A stretch of DNA of 55,214 nt from Nemertoderma westbladi (GCA_032718475.1 JAUCBJ010001076.1:1-55214), one strand, 5' to 3'. Shown: positions 11,903 through 23,471, numbered from the stretch's first letter. Notes: a model not told the origin generated them from the letters alone. Program-made: numbers and translations.

Positions 11903-12585
11903 ATTAAATAAAGAGGATTTAGTATTCAAAAATGTTATTATCGATGGAATCATCTTTGCAGAAATCATCTAGCAACAATTATGATTAATATATAAATTGA
12001 AGTGAATATACTAAAATAACTAACCTCTCATTTGTGGTAGGTGTCATGTAATTTAAGTTTCTGTCATATCGGAGTCATCTTCAATTGCATCTGTAGTGGT
12101 AGACATGGTAACCTGTGAAGGAGTGTTGTCTGAAATGCCATTTAAAAATCACTTGTCATTTTAAAGTGATTTGTAGTCACATCTTGATTGTTTTTTATTG
12201 ACATAAATATTTGTTAAAGTCATTATTTTGAAACAGAGTGGAATGAGATTAAAATGATGAAAAATAAAAATATTTCAAACATGGGTATATCTTTGGAACC
12301 ATATATCACCGTTATAACAAAACAGGTTTAGCTCTCAGTATACCAAAATTTTCCAAAACTAATATTCAATAAAATGTGGTAATTTGTTTTTAAAATAATG
12401 CTATTGTTCTAGAATGGTAGCTATTTTCTAAAACTTCTCAGTTTTCATTTAGCAGCGTTCCCATGGTAACAATAATTATATTCCAGAATTTTATGTGATA
12501 TTTAGAATTGTAAGACCAGTAGCTATCTTTTTCAGAAGATGCGATGAATTTATATTGAGTTATTAGAGTACTACAGCATGTTTGT
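11903..12585. repeat. Right outer arm of the inverted repeat, first part (interrupted by the BEL insertion)
   Basis: Reverse complement of about 8351-9045. Confidence 0.9.
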
Positions 12586-13829
12586 TGTACGCGCTTTTGA
12601 AGACCTTTAGCAGTTTAACCTGCCAAAATTTATATGTCTTTTGGTTTATAAATAGACTTTAGAAATTGACAAATATTTAATACCAATAAACACAACATTA
12701 GCAGAAGCCAGCCTAGTGCGCGTCCATTCACCCGCTGGATATACCCGGGAGACTGGATTCTGAGGGCTTAGATTGTTATTGCAGTGTAAGCTTACTGTAT
12801 TATTCGATTGATCGTTAATAAATAATTTCTGACTAATATTATTCACTTTCGGGAAATATTAACAGTTCCTTTAGGACGTGGCGCTCTATCTATTTAAACA
12901 GAGCTAGGACTTATACTAATCACAACGGTAAGTCGGTAAGGCTTATGATTCACGTATGAGGCGCATTCTTTAGGAAATGCTTAGTTATCAGTCACAATCA
13001 TGCACACTACCGGTAACACACAATGCTGCACACTAATCTGCCGACTGTCAATGAATTTTATCATATATAAAGAGAACAGCAATTGACTCATGTAGTGCTT
13101 ATCAAATAGCATTAAATTCACTACAAACCACAATAATATAAGTCGCAATCGCTATATGTAACCTGTCTCTCTAACCTGTAGTGTATCAAGAAACTTGGGA
13201 AATTTGGGTTCTTTATAGATGTTCTCCAAATAATATTCAACCAACTGATACAAATAATAACAACAGTAAAAGCATTAAGACGGTAGGTTAAGATATGAAA
13301 TGACAATGTATGTGCCGTATTGATCGGGTTGTTATGATTGATATGATAACAGTTATACGCTCTATAATCTAAGCCTACTAATGTTTCTTCTAAAGTCTGA
13401 AACGAATTGACTCTAGAGCCGGTGTTCCTGGCCTAGATAGAAACAACACAACAGTATCACAAAAAACTGCTACTGTCCCTAACACCGTTGCAGGTATCTT
13501 TTACACAGAGAGGAATAGCTCTCATTGGCAGAACACCAGATTCCACAAGTTCCACGAATATCTAAATGCCGAACTATCAGGAATTTTGCAACCCTTGGCC
13601 AACACACAAAATGAGTCACTCCGCTCGGTTGTCCAGGTTGCATACTCTGCTGCTATAGCTCTGGTTGGTCGATAGAACATAGTAAAGAGCCCCTCGTATA
13701 ACAAATCAGCCAATCAGCCGGTCGCTTTGCATCATTCGAGTTAGAGAGCTTTTTAGAGTATTCCAGCGCCTGGGGGGAAACTGGATTGCAAAGCAAAAGG
13801 GCCAGTTATATCCCACAAAAGCTTTTACA
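12586..13829 (-). repeat. 3' LTR (1244 bp)
   Basis: Direct repeat of 28473-29716 with about 11 substitutions counted by eye. Preceded on the minus strand by the PPT-like GGGAGCGG (13837-13830). Confidence 0.97.
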
Positions 13830-13907
13830 CCGCTCCCAGAAAATGGGATTTGAGTCTATAAAATATACAAAATCACAGTTTCTAATATACGTAAATACTC
13901 TAAACAG

Positions 13908-15158
13908 TTAGTCTTTCTTACGCGGACGGCGTTTACGCAGTTTTTTAAAGCTAGCCAGAGTCCTTTTCTCTTTGGGGCGAGCCACTTTACAAGGAGGGCT
14001 ATAACTCCTGGGTGAAGGGTGCAATATAATTGCATCAGAGGGTGTAGGATTATGGTCGGTGTATCCGCCAGTCGAAGTGCCGGGTTGATTGACATCAACG
14101 TCGGGGGAGAGGGGTCTAACGGCTTTAAGAGCTCGTTTTAAGACAGCCGCTCTTACGGGTCCTTTACGAGTGGTCTGAACGAGAGCCGTGGGTGGACCAT
14201 AGGCAGTTAGAAACCTCCGGGGTTTAATGGTTCTTTCCAACTCGCGTTCGCGGGCTCGGTATTCGTAAGGCCGTCGATATACTTCCTGTAACTCGGGGTG
14301 TGAGTTAACAAATAAGTCTCCATAGTCCGGATCCTGACGGATATAATTGATTAAGTTATAGGAATGAAGGTCGCTAGGATTAACACTCCTGAGAAATTTG
14401 CGTACGAATTTGGTTGAAATACATTCTCCGACGCGCTTCAGTAGTTCGTAACTCGATATGCGTGATTTCTGTTCGACAGAAGCGAATAGATAAGGATGGA
14501 ACGCATAAACTCCTTCGTAAGCGCGTCCAGGATAATAACGATGGCGCGAATCACAATGTAAATCAGCGTTCGCTTCCCAAGCTCTGAGGTAACGTAGTGT
14601 GATCATTTCATCTACGCTTTCCAAATCGCGATTAAAAGGGCAATCGAAACTGGCGTGTCCCTTTAGTTGACAATGGTGACATTGAGTCATAAATTGAGGG
14701 CAAACCGCAAAAATATGCAAGTTATTGAGTCTGCAATATGCGCAATAAATTTCCATCGTCGGTTGTTCTTGGAAATAGGAACAGCGGACGTTTGTGTCCA
14801 TGGGCGTATCATGGTCTCTCGATGCGCATAACCGACAACGTTGCCTAGAAACATAGTTGGCATGTCGATAATCGTACGCAGTGAGACACTGTGGACCTTG
14901 ATACCATTCTATGATGTAATCGTTGTCGCTGTTCCGGGGCGCGATAGGCTGAATCTCCTCAGATTCTAGACATATTGGTTCGTCTTCCAAGTGCATAGCT
15001 GAGGTGGGCGTGTCTGTCTCTTCAGGTGGACCTATTGTCTGAATTTCCACGACAGAATAACCTGTGGGGATTCGAGGTCTTTGTATAACAGAGGAGTGCA
15101 AGTTCGATATACAAGTCCCAAGTATTAATGGATGGGCGCGTATAGTACGACTGCACAC
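13908..15158 (-). CDS. Accessory ORF of the BEL element: three CCHC-type zinc-binding motifs and a basic C-terminus, function unknown
   Basis: 416-codon open frame (GTG first codon; open a further ~25 codons upstream). Motifs CRLCASRDH-x9-C, CAYCRLNNLHIFAVC, CHHCQLKGHASFDC; ends KKLRKRRPRKKD. Confidence 0.7.
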   Translation of the reverse strand: MCSRTIRAHPLILGTCISNLHSSVIQRPRIPTGYSVVEIQTIGPPEETDTPTSAMHLEDEPICLESEEIQPIAPRNSDNDYIIEWYQGPQCLTAYDYRHANYVSRQRCRLCASRDHDTPMDTNVRCSYFQEQPTMEIYCAYCRLNNLHIFAVCPQFMTQCHHCQLKGHASFDCPFNRDLESVDEMITLRYLRAWEANADLHCDSRHRYYPGRAYEGVYAFHPYLFASVEQKSRISSYELLKRVGECISTKFVRKFLRSVNPSDLHSYNLINYIRQDPDYGDLFVNSHPELQEVYRRPYEYRARERELERTIKPRRFLTAYGPPTALVQTTRKGPVRAAVLKRALKAVRPLSPDVDVNQPGTSTGGYTDHNPTPSDAIILHPSPRSYSPPCKVARPKEKRTLASFKKLRKRRPRKKD

Positions 15159-15163
15159 ATCGG

Positions 15164-15523
15164 CTAGCCAACCGGCAAGTGCGGTGTTTTCAAGGTGTTT
15201 AAGGAGGGACGGAGTGGAACACTCATGAAGCTATACACGGCGCCAGGTGCGGTTAATGGTCCATCAAAGTATAATCGAGAATAATGATCTCCGTATACTT
15301 GTTGATAGTTAATGGGATTTCCGACTTTGAAATTCCATCCGTATTCCTGAAAGGCAAGATGTCCGATGGAAGTTCGTTGCACCTTTGTAATGTTGCTAGA
15401 CGTATTAGCATACATGGTGCGGAAGAAACCTCGACCTTCTGCCCAGGGAGCAATCAGCTGAGTATCAACGAAAGGGTATGGAATATTCTCCATATTCCGT
15501 CGTATGCTTAATATGTTTTCCAT
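15164..15523 (-). CDS. Accessory ORF (119 aa), possibly the frameshifted N-terminal part of the CCHC ORF
   Basis: ATG-initiated and protein-like; overlaps the upstream extension of the 416-aa frame in the -1 phase. Confidence 0.35.
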   Translation of the reverse strand: MENILSIRRNMENIPYPFVDTQLIAPWAEGRGFFRTMYANTSSNITKVQRTSIGHLAFQEYGWNFKVGNPINYQQVYGDHYSRLYFDGPLTAPGAVYSFMSVPLRPSLNTLKTPHLPVG

Positions 15524-16392
15524 TGATGGTAGTGGTAGAGAGCAGGGGAAGACCTATGTCGTATTCAGAAATATTCAGAAATACGATCTCAGTTCTCAGT
15601 TGGAGGATTCAATCGTTCGAAGACTATCTCCAAATGAATTTATCTCTAGTGCGAGGAGATAAACACCAGTTCAAGGATATGTTTATCTCAGTTGTTCTAC
15701 ATAAGATTTATATCTCCAATCATTGAGGGAGGTGAACAACCAGATTTATGACACATAAAGGTACCAGTTGTTCACAAACTATCCTCGTGTTCTTTCAGTC
15801 CTTGTTTGTATCACGGTTGCGGACTTAAGGAAATTATTGATGGTTGATTTTCTAATCAACAACGAGAGGGTGAAAGTTGATATCATAAATATCAACAGAA
15901 TGTGGAATGTGACATGGACAAGAGGTGCGGACACCAATATGAGCATCCAAATAAACAGTAAGGGGTGGGGAGATTTATTAGGAGGCGGTATGATCCATAC
16001 CACGATACGGCAATGATTGGTCGATCGTCTCCCAAAGCTCCGAGCACATTGGGAAGAGAAGGTGGGACGAAGTATGTTGTATTTTCAATAGCGATGTATA
16101 GAGGGATAAAGGGAGTAAAGAGGAGGGAGGATATATGGTAGTATCTATAAGATACCACAATGGACATGTTTCCGTCACATCATCATTCATTCTTGCCCTT
16201 TAATTGTGACACTGATCACAATAATTACAGGAAAACGATGAAGGAAGAGAAAATTACAGCCTCCCGAAGGAGACCGCCCGTGAGCACCCATGCCCCGGGG
16301 AAAAACTATTCACATCATGGACCCTGGACATTAACCCATGTCTCTTCTCCAGTGTTCTCCTCTATTTGTCTTTACAAGCTTTCTTCCATGTT

Positions 16393-16770
16393 CTATCTTT
16401 CGAGTTGTTTTCGAATAGAATTCTCGTGTTCCATTCTCGGTTTATCGTTACGACTCCGCTGTGTATGATATTTAAATAGAACCATTTCCCTCTCTGTATC
16501 TACATCGTCCATATCATGTAAATCGATAGGATGGCCGGTAGTTAAGAAGTCCATATACGTACCATTACGATTCGTATAGCGAGCGGTGAATTTTCGATAA
16601 TCCAATTCACGCGCAAGTTGCTCTTGGGACATCGGCGGTTCGATATAACGACCATCGTCCTCCGTAATGGTTGGATCGGCTTCACCGCGCATTAAGCTAT
16701 CCACAAATGCTTGCAAAGGTAGAGTATATCGCTCCCTAATACCAAGATCATCTTCTATCAACTCCGTCAT
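16393..16770 (-). CDS. Accessory ORF (125 aa, acidic), function unknown
   Basis: ATG start preceded by AG acceptor-like sites. The frame continues in a protein-like way past its stops (QLER*NMEESL*RQIEE). Confidence 0.4.
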   Translation of the reverse strand: MTELIEDDLGIRERYTLPLQAFVDSLMRGEADPTITEDDGRYIEPPMSQEQLARELDYRKFTARYTNRNGTYMDFLTTGHPIDLHDMDDVDTEREMVLFKYHTQRSRNDKPRMEHENSIRKQLER

Positions 16771-18394
16771 ATCTGCTATCTGAGTTTATTAATATCAAAA
16801 TGAGTTTATGTTTAGGCGAGCGGGCGTCGCTGCCTACCTCTCTTTGCCCCCGGACAGTGGGATTCTCAGCGCCGATGTACCGTCGTCGCGGTGTTTACGC
16901 CAACATGTAGCAACAGCACGACAACGATAACCGGCACAAGTCACTCCACTGTCCGTCCCAAAGGCTTGGATCCACTTGAGGTTCTTTCTATAGGAGAGTT
17001 GGGCTACTTTTGCAATTGCGACTAGCTACCTGTAAACATACTTTAGCAGTAACATTCACCTATAAACACACAAATTCCACACAACTGTCACCAATTGTAC
17101 ACATACAGGCCATTTGTCTGTTAGTCAGTGCCTTCCAGAATGTCACGTTATTACTGTGTATCCTTGGATACTAACAGTGTGCTATGTATTATCTATGCTA
17201 TGCAATGGGACAAGCTTTCTATTGTTCTTTTAACTTGCTTCGAATTCTAGCGTGGGTGTTGCTATGGTGACATTATGGAAAGCTAGCGGTAGAATTAGGG
17301 TAATTCTCATGCATACAGATCTGGAATGCTATTTAATAGTAATTCTTTAATTGTCAATATCCTCTTTATGCATGATTTTATTAATTTTATCGGCTATTGA
17401 CTATATGTTGGAGATTCTCGCACTCTAATACACTCAATAGGATGAATCTCTGCTCCCATGATCTATTAATTAATGGAATTTTGGGAATGTTATAAATTGT
17501 ATAAAAATGACAATTTATTAAATTCATTTAAAATATGAATTTAAATTTATTCCCGTGAATTTTATTATTTGATGTTAAAATTGACACAATTTTTATTCCA
17601 GAGCATGTCTGGGGACTGAGGATCCTTAATTCTATAAAATTGTCCTTTAAGAGTATCGGTAAGTGCTGCGATATCTTAATTGACTAGAAATTTTAAAGGA
17701 TCTGAATTTTACAGATTTTAATAAATATTAAATTAATATTTAAGATGGGCACCGATTTATTCCAGAACTTGTCTGGGGACGTTAACCACTGATTCTAGAA
17801 TTTGTCTTTCAAGTATATCGGTGGGTGCCGCGATATCTTAATCGACTAGAATTACAGATGGTCAAAAGGTTTAACAGATTTATTTGCGTTTTACGCTACT
17901 GTTATAGGGACATCACGCTACTATATGTATTATTATATATGGTATGAGAGCAATATCGCACGAAGCAATGTCAGTGTGAAGAGGCAAGTCGTTTCCAAGG
18001 TCTACCCAGAGCTTGGTTTAGCCGAGACACGAGGATCTGAACTTTGCATTCCTAATACTCTGCCTACCAATAATACTTGAATATAGTAGTGGCTTTATGG
18101 TACTTTAATAAGTACGGACATTTCATTTTACTGTAGTCACGTATTTATAATATGATACGGACAGTAAGGAAAGAGAAAAAATTATTTCTCGCCGTCACAC
18201 TAAATATATATTATATATATGTAATTACGTAATAAACACTAATATATTGCACTAACCTACTAAATAATCTAAAATAACATTCTACTAAATAAAATTAAAT
18301 AAAACGATTATAATAAAGTACATAATAAAGTTCGCATATAAAAATATAATAAAAATAGATAGAATAATATAGTCATACACCCACTCCAGACGTA

Positions 18395-20956
18395 TCACGT
18401 TGGGGAGTCCCTAGATGTTTGAGGAATTAGGGAGGTGGTCGTGGGAAGAGTGTCTTGCCTTCCATAGTTTCCGGAGAGTTCTCTGTCTCTTTCCAGTAAA
18501 CATAAACGACCAACTGGGCGGTTGAGTTGTTGCGTCTCAAAGATTATGCCTGGCTTCTTGAAGTTACGCCGCATGACGACGAGTTCTACCGAGCGTACTA
18601 AACCATCATCCGAGATGTGAGTCTCGATGATACGACCTGTCTGCCACCGTTTACGTGGGAGGTCTGGATCTACAATAAGCACCACATCTCCGGCGCTGAC
18701 GTTTTCTTGCTGCGCAAACCACTTAGTTCGAAGTTGTAGCGTGGGCAGATAATGTTTCTCGAAATGGTCAGCGAAACGACGGGATAGCAACTGCATAAGT
18801 TGCCAAGTTCGACGGCAGTATTCGTCTCCGTCGGCAATCTCCGATCGTGGGAGCATGGCTACAGGTTTCTTCAGTAGGAAGTGCGCGGGTGTTAGCGCTT
18901 CCAGGGAATCGGGACTCGATGAGACTGGCATAAGCGGTCTCTCGTTGAGATAGGCAGCTATTTCCTCCATTAATGTCCGCAAAAGTTCGTCGGTGAGATA
19001 CGCGCGGCATGGCACTATAAAGTGAAATGCGGTCTTGACACTTCTAATTAATCTCTCCCAACTTCCTCCCCACCAAGGGGCGTCGGCGGCGTTGAAGGTC
19101 CAGCTAGACGCTGTTATCCTTAGCTGATCGTCCACCTGTCTTTGGTTCCAGTCCTTCACGTAAGCCTGTATTTCGTTGTTGGCACCAATGAAGTTCGTTC
19201 CCTTATCCGATCTCATGGTATTACTCGTCCCGAAGCGAGCGATCTGTTGGCGTAAACTTAAGATGAAGCTGTTGGTAGATAGATCGTTCACCATATCGAG
19301 ATGGATGGCTCTACAAGTCATGCATACGAAGATGACACACCATCTCTTGACTATAGTCCTAGCACGATATACTTCAATAGGGCCAAATAAATCTACACCA
19401 GTATTAGTAAAAGGTGGTTCATAGAAGCTTACTCGTTCCCTAGGTAATTCTGCCTCTCGCTGTGTTAAAGGCCTACTGAATGCTTTCCTACAGGGTATGC
19501 AGTTCCTAAGAACTTGGTTCAGAGCTCTACGGGGTTTATCAAAATAATAGCGAGTTCGAATTTCGCTAAGAACTCGTTCTCTACCAGCATGATAAAGTTT
19601 ACTGTGAACATCTACAATCATCTTGATTTGTACTTCAAGATTTCTAATGAGTATGGGGAATTTAGTGTCAAAGGATAATGGCGCATTGGTGAGCCTTCCT
19701 CCAACACGTATTAACCCATCTATCATTGTGCTAGAGAATCGATCCCTTAAGCGCATCTGCGGATTTCTCAACAACAGGAAATACTTATCGGAATCCTCAT
19801 AGCATTGCAGGAGTCTCAGTATCTGCTTATTGGCTTCTTCATGCTCCTGGTGACTAATTTTCTCCTTTAGAAACCGGTCGGATGTCTTATATTTGGGTAA
19901 ATTTTTAATAATATGAACTTGCGCAGATGTCAATGGAGAGATATCACTAATGGTCTTTGTCCTGTAGTAGTGATGATGAAAACATCTCCTTAAATACGTG
20001 ACGGCTTTACAGAGCCGATTCCAGGAACTGTAGTGATGCATTGCTCTCTGCAGCAGGGGTGAGATTCCTTGCGAGATGTCTGGTGTTCCAGATTTCCAAT
20101 CTCTATCTCTAATTTCCGCAACAGACTTATTTGTGGCGAGGGATTGTGGATCCGAAGCATCGTTTCCGGAAGTATGTAATACAGATAGATCGATCGTCGG
20201 TTTAAATAACTTCGATTTACTCGCCCGGGTTTTAGGTTTGACTGTCTCCGCTCCCTTGGCTTGTCTAATCTCCGCCGTAGTAAGGTGAGGAGGCCATTCA
20301 TCCTCTTCCTTGCTCAGGAAGTCGGGTCCACCCAACCAGTCTGGAGTATCTATCAGTTCCTGTGGAGTCGCTCCCCGGGAGGCGATATCGGCTGGATTAA
20401 TCGTACCAGGGCAATGTCTCCATTGATCTATCTTTGTGCGACTAAGAATAATAGCTACCCTGTTAGTAACAAAAACGCTAAACTGACAGACTTCATTGGT
20501 TATATACTCCAACACGAGTAAAGCGTCGGTCCAATAAACAGTTTTCTCCAGTGGATAGTCGATTTGTTCTGTTACGTTCCGGCCGATGGCTGTAGCGTAT
20601 AAAGCCGCCTTTAACTCCGCTCGAGGAACCTTTAACTTGTTGTTAATCAATGCCTTAGAGGTAACCAAGGCGACCTTGATTCCATCCGGAGTTTCGACTC
20701 GCAGATATGCCACTATACCTATTCCCATGTCACTGGCGTCTCCAAACACATGGAGTTGATAGGAATAAGTAGGGAGAACATGACCAAAATATGCACGGGA
20801 AATTATAAAGCTCTCGATGGCAGGTAGAGAATCATCCCATTTCATCCATTTCTTTAACAGTTCTCCCTTAAGCGGACCGTCCCATGAGTGGTTTTCAAGC
20901 CACATTTGTTGTACTAAACTCCGAGCAATCAATATAACTGGGCTAATAAATCCCAA
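18395..20956 (-). CDS. BEL/Pao Pol C-terminal part: RNase H and integrase
   Basis: LHVFGDAS, PRAELKAA, YWTDA, NPADIASRG; HHCC zinc domain; GVDLFGP, SDKGTNF, PWWGGSWERLI. The frame extends upstream through TKRICLSILSTYFDPLG to a T7 run at 21032-21038. Confidence 0.95.
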   Translation of the reverse strand: MGFISPVILIARSLVQQMWLENHSWDGPLKGELLKKWMKWDDSLPAIESFIISRAYFGHVLPTYSYQLHVFGDASDMGIGIVAYLRVETPDGIKVALVTSKALINNKLKVPRAELKAALYATAIGRNVTEQIDYPLEKTVYWTDALLVLEYITNEVCQFSVFVTNRVAIILSRTKIDQWRHCPGTINPADIASRGATPQELIDTPDWLGGPDFLSKEEDEWPPHLTTAEIRQAKGAETVKPKTRASKSKLFKPTIDLSVLHTSGNDASDPQSLATNKSVAEIRDRDWKSGTPDISQGISPLLQRAMHHYSSWNRLCKAVTYLRRCFHHHYYRTKTISDISPLTSAQVHIIKNLPKYKTSDRFLKEKISHQEHEEANKQILRLLQCYEDSDKYFLLLRNPQMRLRDRFSSTMIDGLIRVGGRLTNAPLSFDTKFPILIRNLEVQIKMIVDVHSKLYHAGRERVLSEIRTRYYFDKPRRALNQVLRNCIPCRKAFSRPLTQREAELPRERVSFYEPPFTNTGVDLFGPIEVYRARTIVKRWCVIFVCMTCRAIHLDMVNDLSTNSFILSLRQQIARFGTSNTMRSDKGTNFIGANNEIQAYVKDWNQRQVDDQLRITASSWTFNAADAPWWGGSWERLIRSVKTAFHFIVPCRAYLTDELLRTLMEEIAAYLNERPLMPVSSSPDSLEALTPAHFLLKKPVAMLPRSEIADGDEYCRRTWQLMQLLSRRFADHFEKHYLPTLQLRTKWFAQQENVSAGDVVLIVDPDLPRKRWQTGRIIETHISDDGLVRSVELVVMRRNFKKPGIIFETQQLNRPVGRLCLLERDRELSGNYGRQDTLPTTTSLIPQTSRDSPT

Positions 20957-21011
20957 TGGGTCGAAATAAGTGCTCAGGATACTTAAACAAATCCGTTTGG
21001 TCCGAACTGAA

Positions 21012-23372
21012 TTATCTCGCTGTTTGAGCTGAAAAAAACAGGATATCTCTTTCAGTGTCCCACTTCAAGCCAAGCGTCTTGGTTTCTGGAAGATCATCCT
21101 TTATTAAGTCTAGGTCTTTCGCTCCTCGGTCTTCTACCGGTATCGCTTCCAGAAACTCACGGGAGTTGCTGGTGAATTTCGTCAGTCGAAATCCACCTCT
21201 TTTCAAACACTCTACCATTCCTTTCGCGACATCAACGGCTTCTTCTACTGATGGAAGGGACCTTAAATTATCGTCCATGTATATATTACGCTTGATGTTG
21301 TCTATCACCTCTTTTGAGAAGGCGTCTCGGTTGTCATTCGCAGTGGTCCGCACCACGGAGCAGGCGTTGGAAGGGCTTGATATGATCCCAAAAGCCTGGA
21401 TGGTCTTCCAGTACTCTACCGGTTTCTGGTTGAGATCTCCTTCAGGCCACCACAGAAATCTCAGGCTGTCTCTATCTCTATCCAGCGCCTTGACTTGTAA
21501 GAACATTCCTTCTATATCGGAGGCGAACGCGATGGAATATTGTCTTAATCTTAAAAGTATTCCCAACAAAGATTGGAGTAAGTTGGGTCCTGGTAACAAC
21601 TCGGAATTGAGGGATTGGCCCATATATAGAGCGGAGCCATCGAATACGACTCGTACTTCATGGGGTTTACCGGGTTTGGGAACGTAATGATGTGTTAAGT
21701 AATACGTTCTCTCAGTTACTGGTGTTCCTTCCGGTACTCGCTCCGCGTATCCCTTTGTAATAAATTTCTTCAACTGAGTTTGGTACATTTCTTTAGCTGA
21801 AGCGTTAGCCGTAAGGCGTCGATGTAATTGAGTGATTCTTTTCTCTGCCAAGGGTCTGTTATTTATAAATCTAGGTTCTCGTTTTCGAAATGGTAGGCCG
21901 ATTTCATATCTACCTTGATCTTTTAAAAAACGTGTAGTTGTTTCCTGGATTTGCTTGGCTCTTTCTTCTTCTATCGATAGGGCCTTATCGTATGAATTGG
22001 GCTCTACCAATTCTTGAGTAAAGAATCGTACGGCGAGTTCGTCCCGAGTTCTAGCGTTGTAGCGCTCTATTTCATCATTTAGTTCGTCATTGTAGTCAAT
22101 GGGTCCCGATGGGCGAATCAGTTGACCTAGGTTCACCTGGTTTTTCCAAGTTTTGTTTTCTGTAAGTAGGTCGATTGTGTTCTCTTCATCGAAGAGTTGG
22201 TAGATGTCGTCATTATCTGAGGAGTATGGTGTTCCCTCAGTTAGTTCGTCCACCTCACTGCTCTCCACTTCCCAATCGTTTACTTGATATATTCGTTCTT
22301 GTGGCATTCTCTCTTCGAGAGTCCTGCGGGAAGGGCCAGTAAAGTACCAACCTACTCTAGTTCTTACCGCATAGGTTTGCAGTGGCTGCGGTTGAGCAGG
22401 CCGTTTCTCCAATGTCTCGAGCGCCTCATGCGCGTTTTGGCCGATGAGTATTTGTACTCCAGGATAATCTGTCTGGAATCGAGGTATCTTAAGATGTTGG
22501 ATGCTCTCATCCTCGTCCCAATTATAAAGGTCTGCTTGGATAGTAGCGAAGTTCTTTATAGCCACCATTTTTACCGACCTTATACCTTGTGCTCCTAATT
22601 TATCCTGGGGGGTGGACAACACACCTACATAGTAATCTGCCGTTAGGGTAGATTTCCAAACCTGCATAATTCCTGACATATTCAATTTAGTCCGGAATTT
22701 GGGTTGTCCAGCAAAGATATCTTCGGCTAGTTCTTGATCGATGAATGTTCCTGTGCTGCCGGAGTCAAGGAGGGCGTTCACTATGTAACTTTTGTTAGGA
22801 CCATGAACTCTTACCTGCACTACAGGAAATTCTCTGATTCCTACGTTGGAAGTTGGAGCTTTCCAAGATGGTTGTCTGGCAAAAGTAGTTGGGGGGAACT
22901 CATTGTCGGTGTCCTTTTCATAAGTAAGTGCTCGATACACCGCGGTATTGATTAGATAACAGGATTCGTTGGCGTCGGAGAATTCGTCAGTATAGAATCC
23001 TTCCATCTCAGATTCTTGATCAGTGTCATTTACATCACTGAATTGGACATGTAGTTCGGGCTCACTTACCTGACTCGGGTTGTCTCGTTCGAACTCACTG
23101 TGTAACAAGATGTGATGCTTCGCGCCACACTTTGCACACTTTACGTCGGAGTAACAGGTTCGCCGTTGGTGTCCTGGTCTGAGGCAATTATAGCATAACC
23201 GCTTATCCCACACGACTGCACGTCTGTCTACAAGGGATTTCTTTAGAAATTCAGCACACGCACTCAAACGGTGGGTCCCGTCGCACAGCGCACAGTTAGG
23301 TTTTATGTTACTCACTTTACCTTGGGTAACCTGATGCACTCTCGTTCTTTCTTCGGGCTTTCTTCCGTGCAT
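21012..23372 (-). CDS. BEL/Pao nucleocapsid knuckles, protease and reverse transcriptase
   Basis: CALCDGTHRLSAC, CYNCLRPGHQRRTC, CAKCGAKHHILLH; LLDSGS; RT motifs VRVVFDGS, SDIEGMFLQV, LRFLW, YMDD, KTLGLKWD. Confidence 0.95.
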   Translation of the reverse strand: MHGRKPEERTRVHQVTQGKVSNIKPNCALCDGTHRLSACAEFLKKSLVDRRAVVWDKRLCYNCLRPGHQRRTCYSDVKCAKCGAKHHILLHSEFERDNPSQVSEPELHVQFSDVNDTDQESEMEGFYTDEFSDANESCYLINTAVYRALTYEKDTDNEFPPTTFARQPSWKAPTSNVGIREFPVVQVRVHGPNKSYIVNALLDSGSTGTFIDQELAEDIFAGQPKFRTKLNMSGIMQVWKSTLTADYYVGVLSTPQDKLGAQGIRSVKMVAIKNFATIQADLYNWDEDESIQHLKIPRFQTDYPGVQILIGQNAHEALETLEKRPAQPQPLQTYAVRTRVGWYFTGPSRRTLEERMPQERIYQVNDWEVESSEVDELTEGTPYSSDNDDIYQLFDEENTIDLLTENKTWKNQVNLGQLIRPSGPIDYNDELNDEIERYNARTRDELAVRFFTQELVEPNSYDKALSIEEERAKQIQETTTRFLKDQGRYEIGLPFRKREPRFINNRPLAEKRITQLHRRLTANASAKEMYQTQLKKFITKGYAERVPEGTPVTERTYYLTHHYVPKPGKPHEVRVVFDGSALYMGQSLNSELLPGPNLLQSLLGILLRLRQYSIAFASDIEGMFLQVKALDRDRDSLRFLWWPEGDLNQKPVEYWKTIQAFGIISSPSNACSVVRTTANDNRDAFSKEVIDNIKRNIYMDDNLRSLPSVEEAVDVAKGMVECLKRGGFRLTKFTSNSREFLEAIPVEDRGAKDLDLIKDDLPETKTLGLKWDTERDILFFSAQTAR

Positions 23373-23471
23373 TCTGTTAGGAGACTGAGGAGGGGTCTTG
23401 GCAACCTGTTCTCTCCTATCGTTGGTTCAAGCCTTGTATTTACTTACTTCTTTTGAGGTTTTGCCAACGTA

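Noticed and set aside
12646-13713. Small ORFs duplicated at 28533-29600
   Set aside because: They recur only because they lie in the LTRs; short and without motifs.
13908-16770. env gene in the BEL 3' region
   Set aside because: No signal peptide or transmembrane anchor in the longer ORFs and no recognisable fusion-protein pattern.
21029-21040. TTTTTTTCAG as a splice acceptor fixing the RT/RNase H frameshift
   Set aside because: No suitable in-phase donor nearby, and splicing would delete the conserved KTLGLKWD motif. A 1-nt indel explains it.
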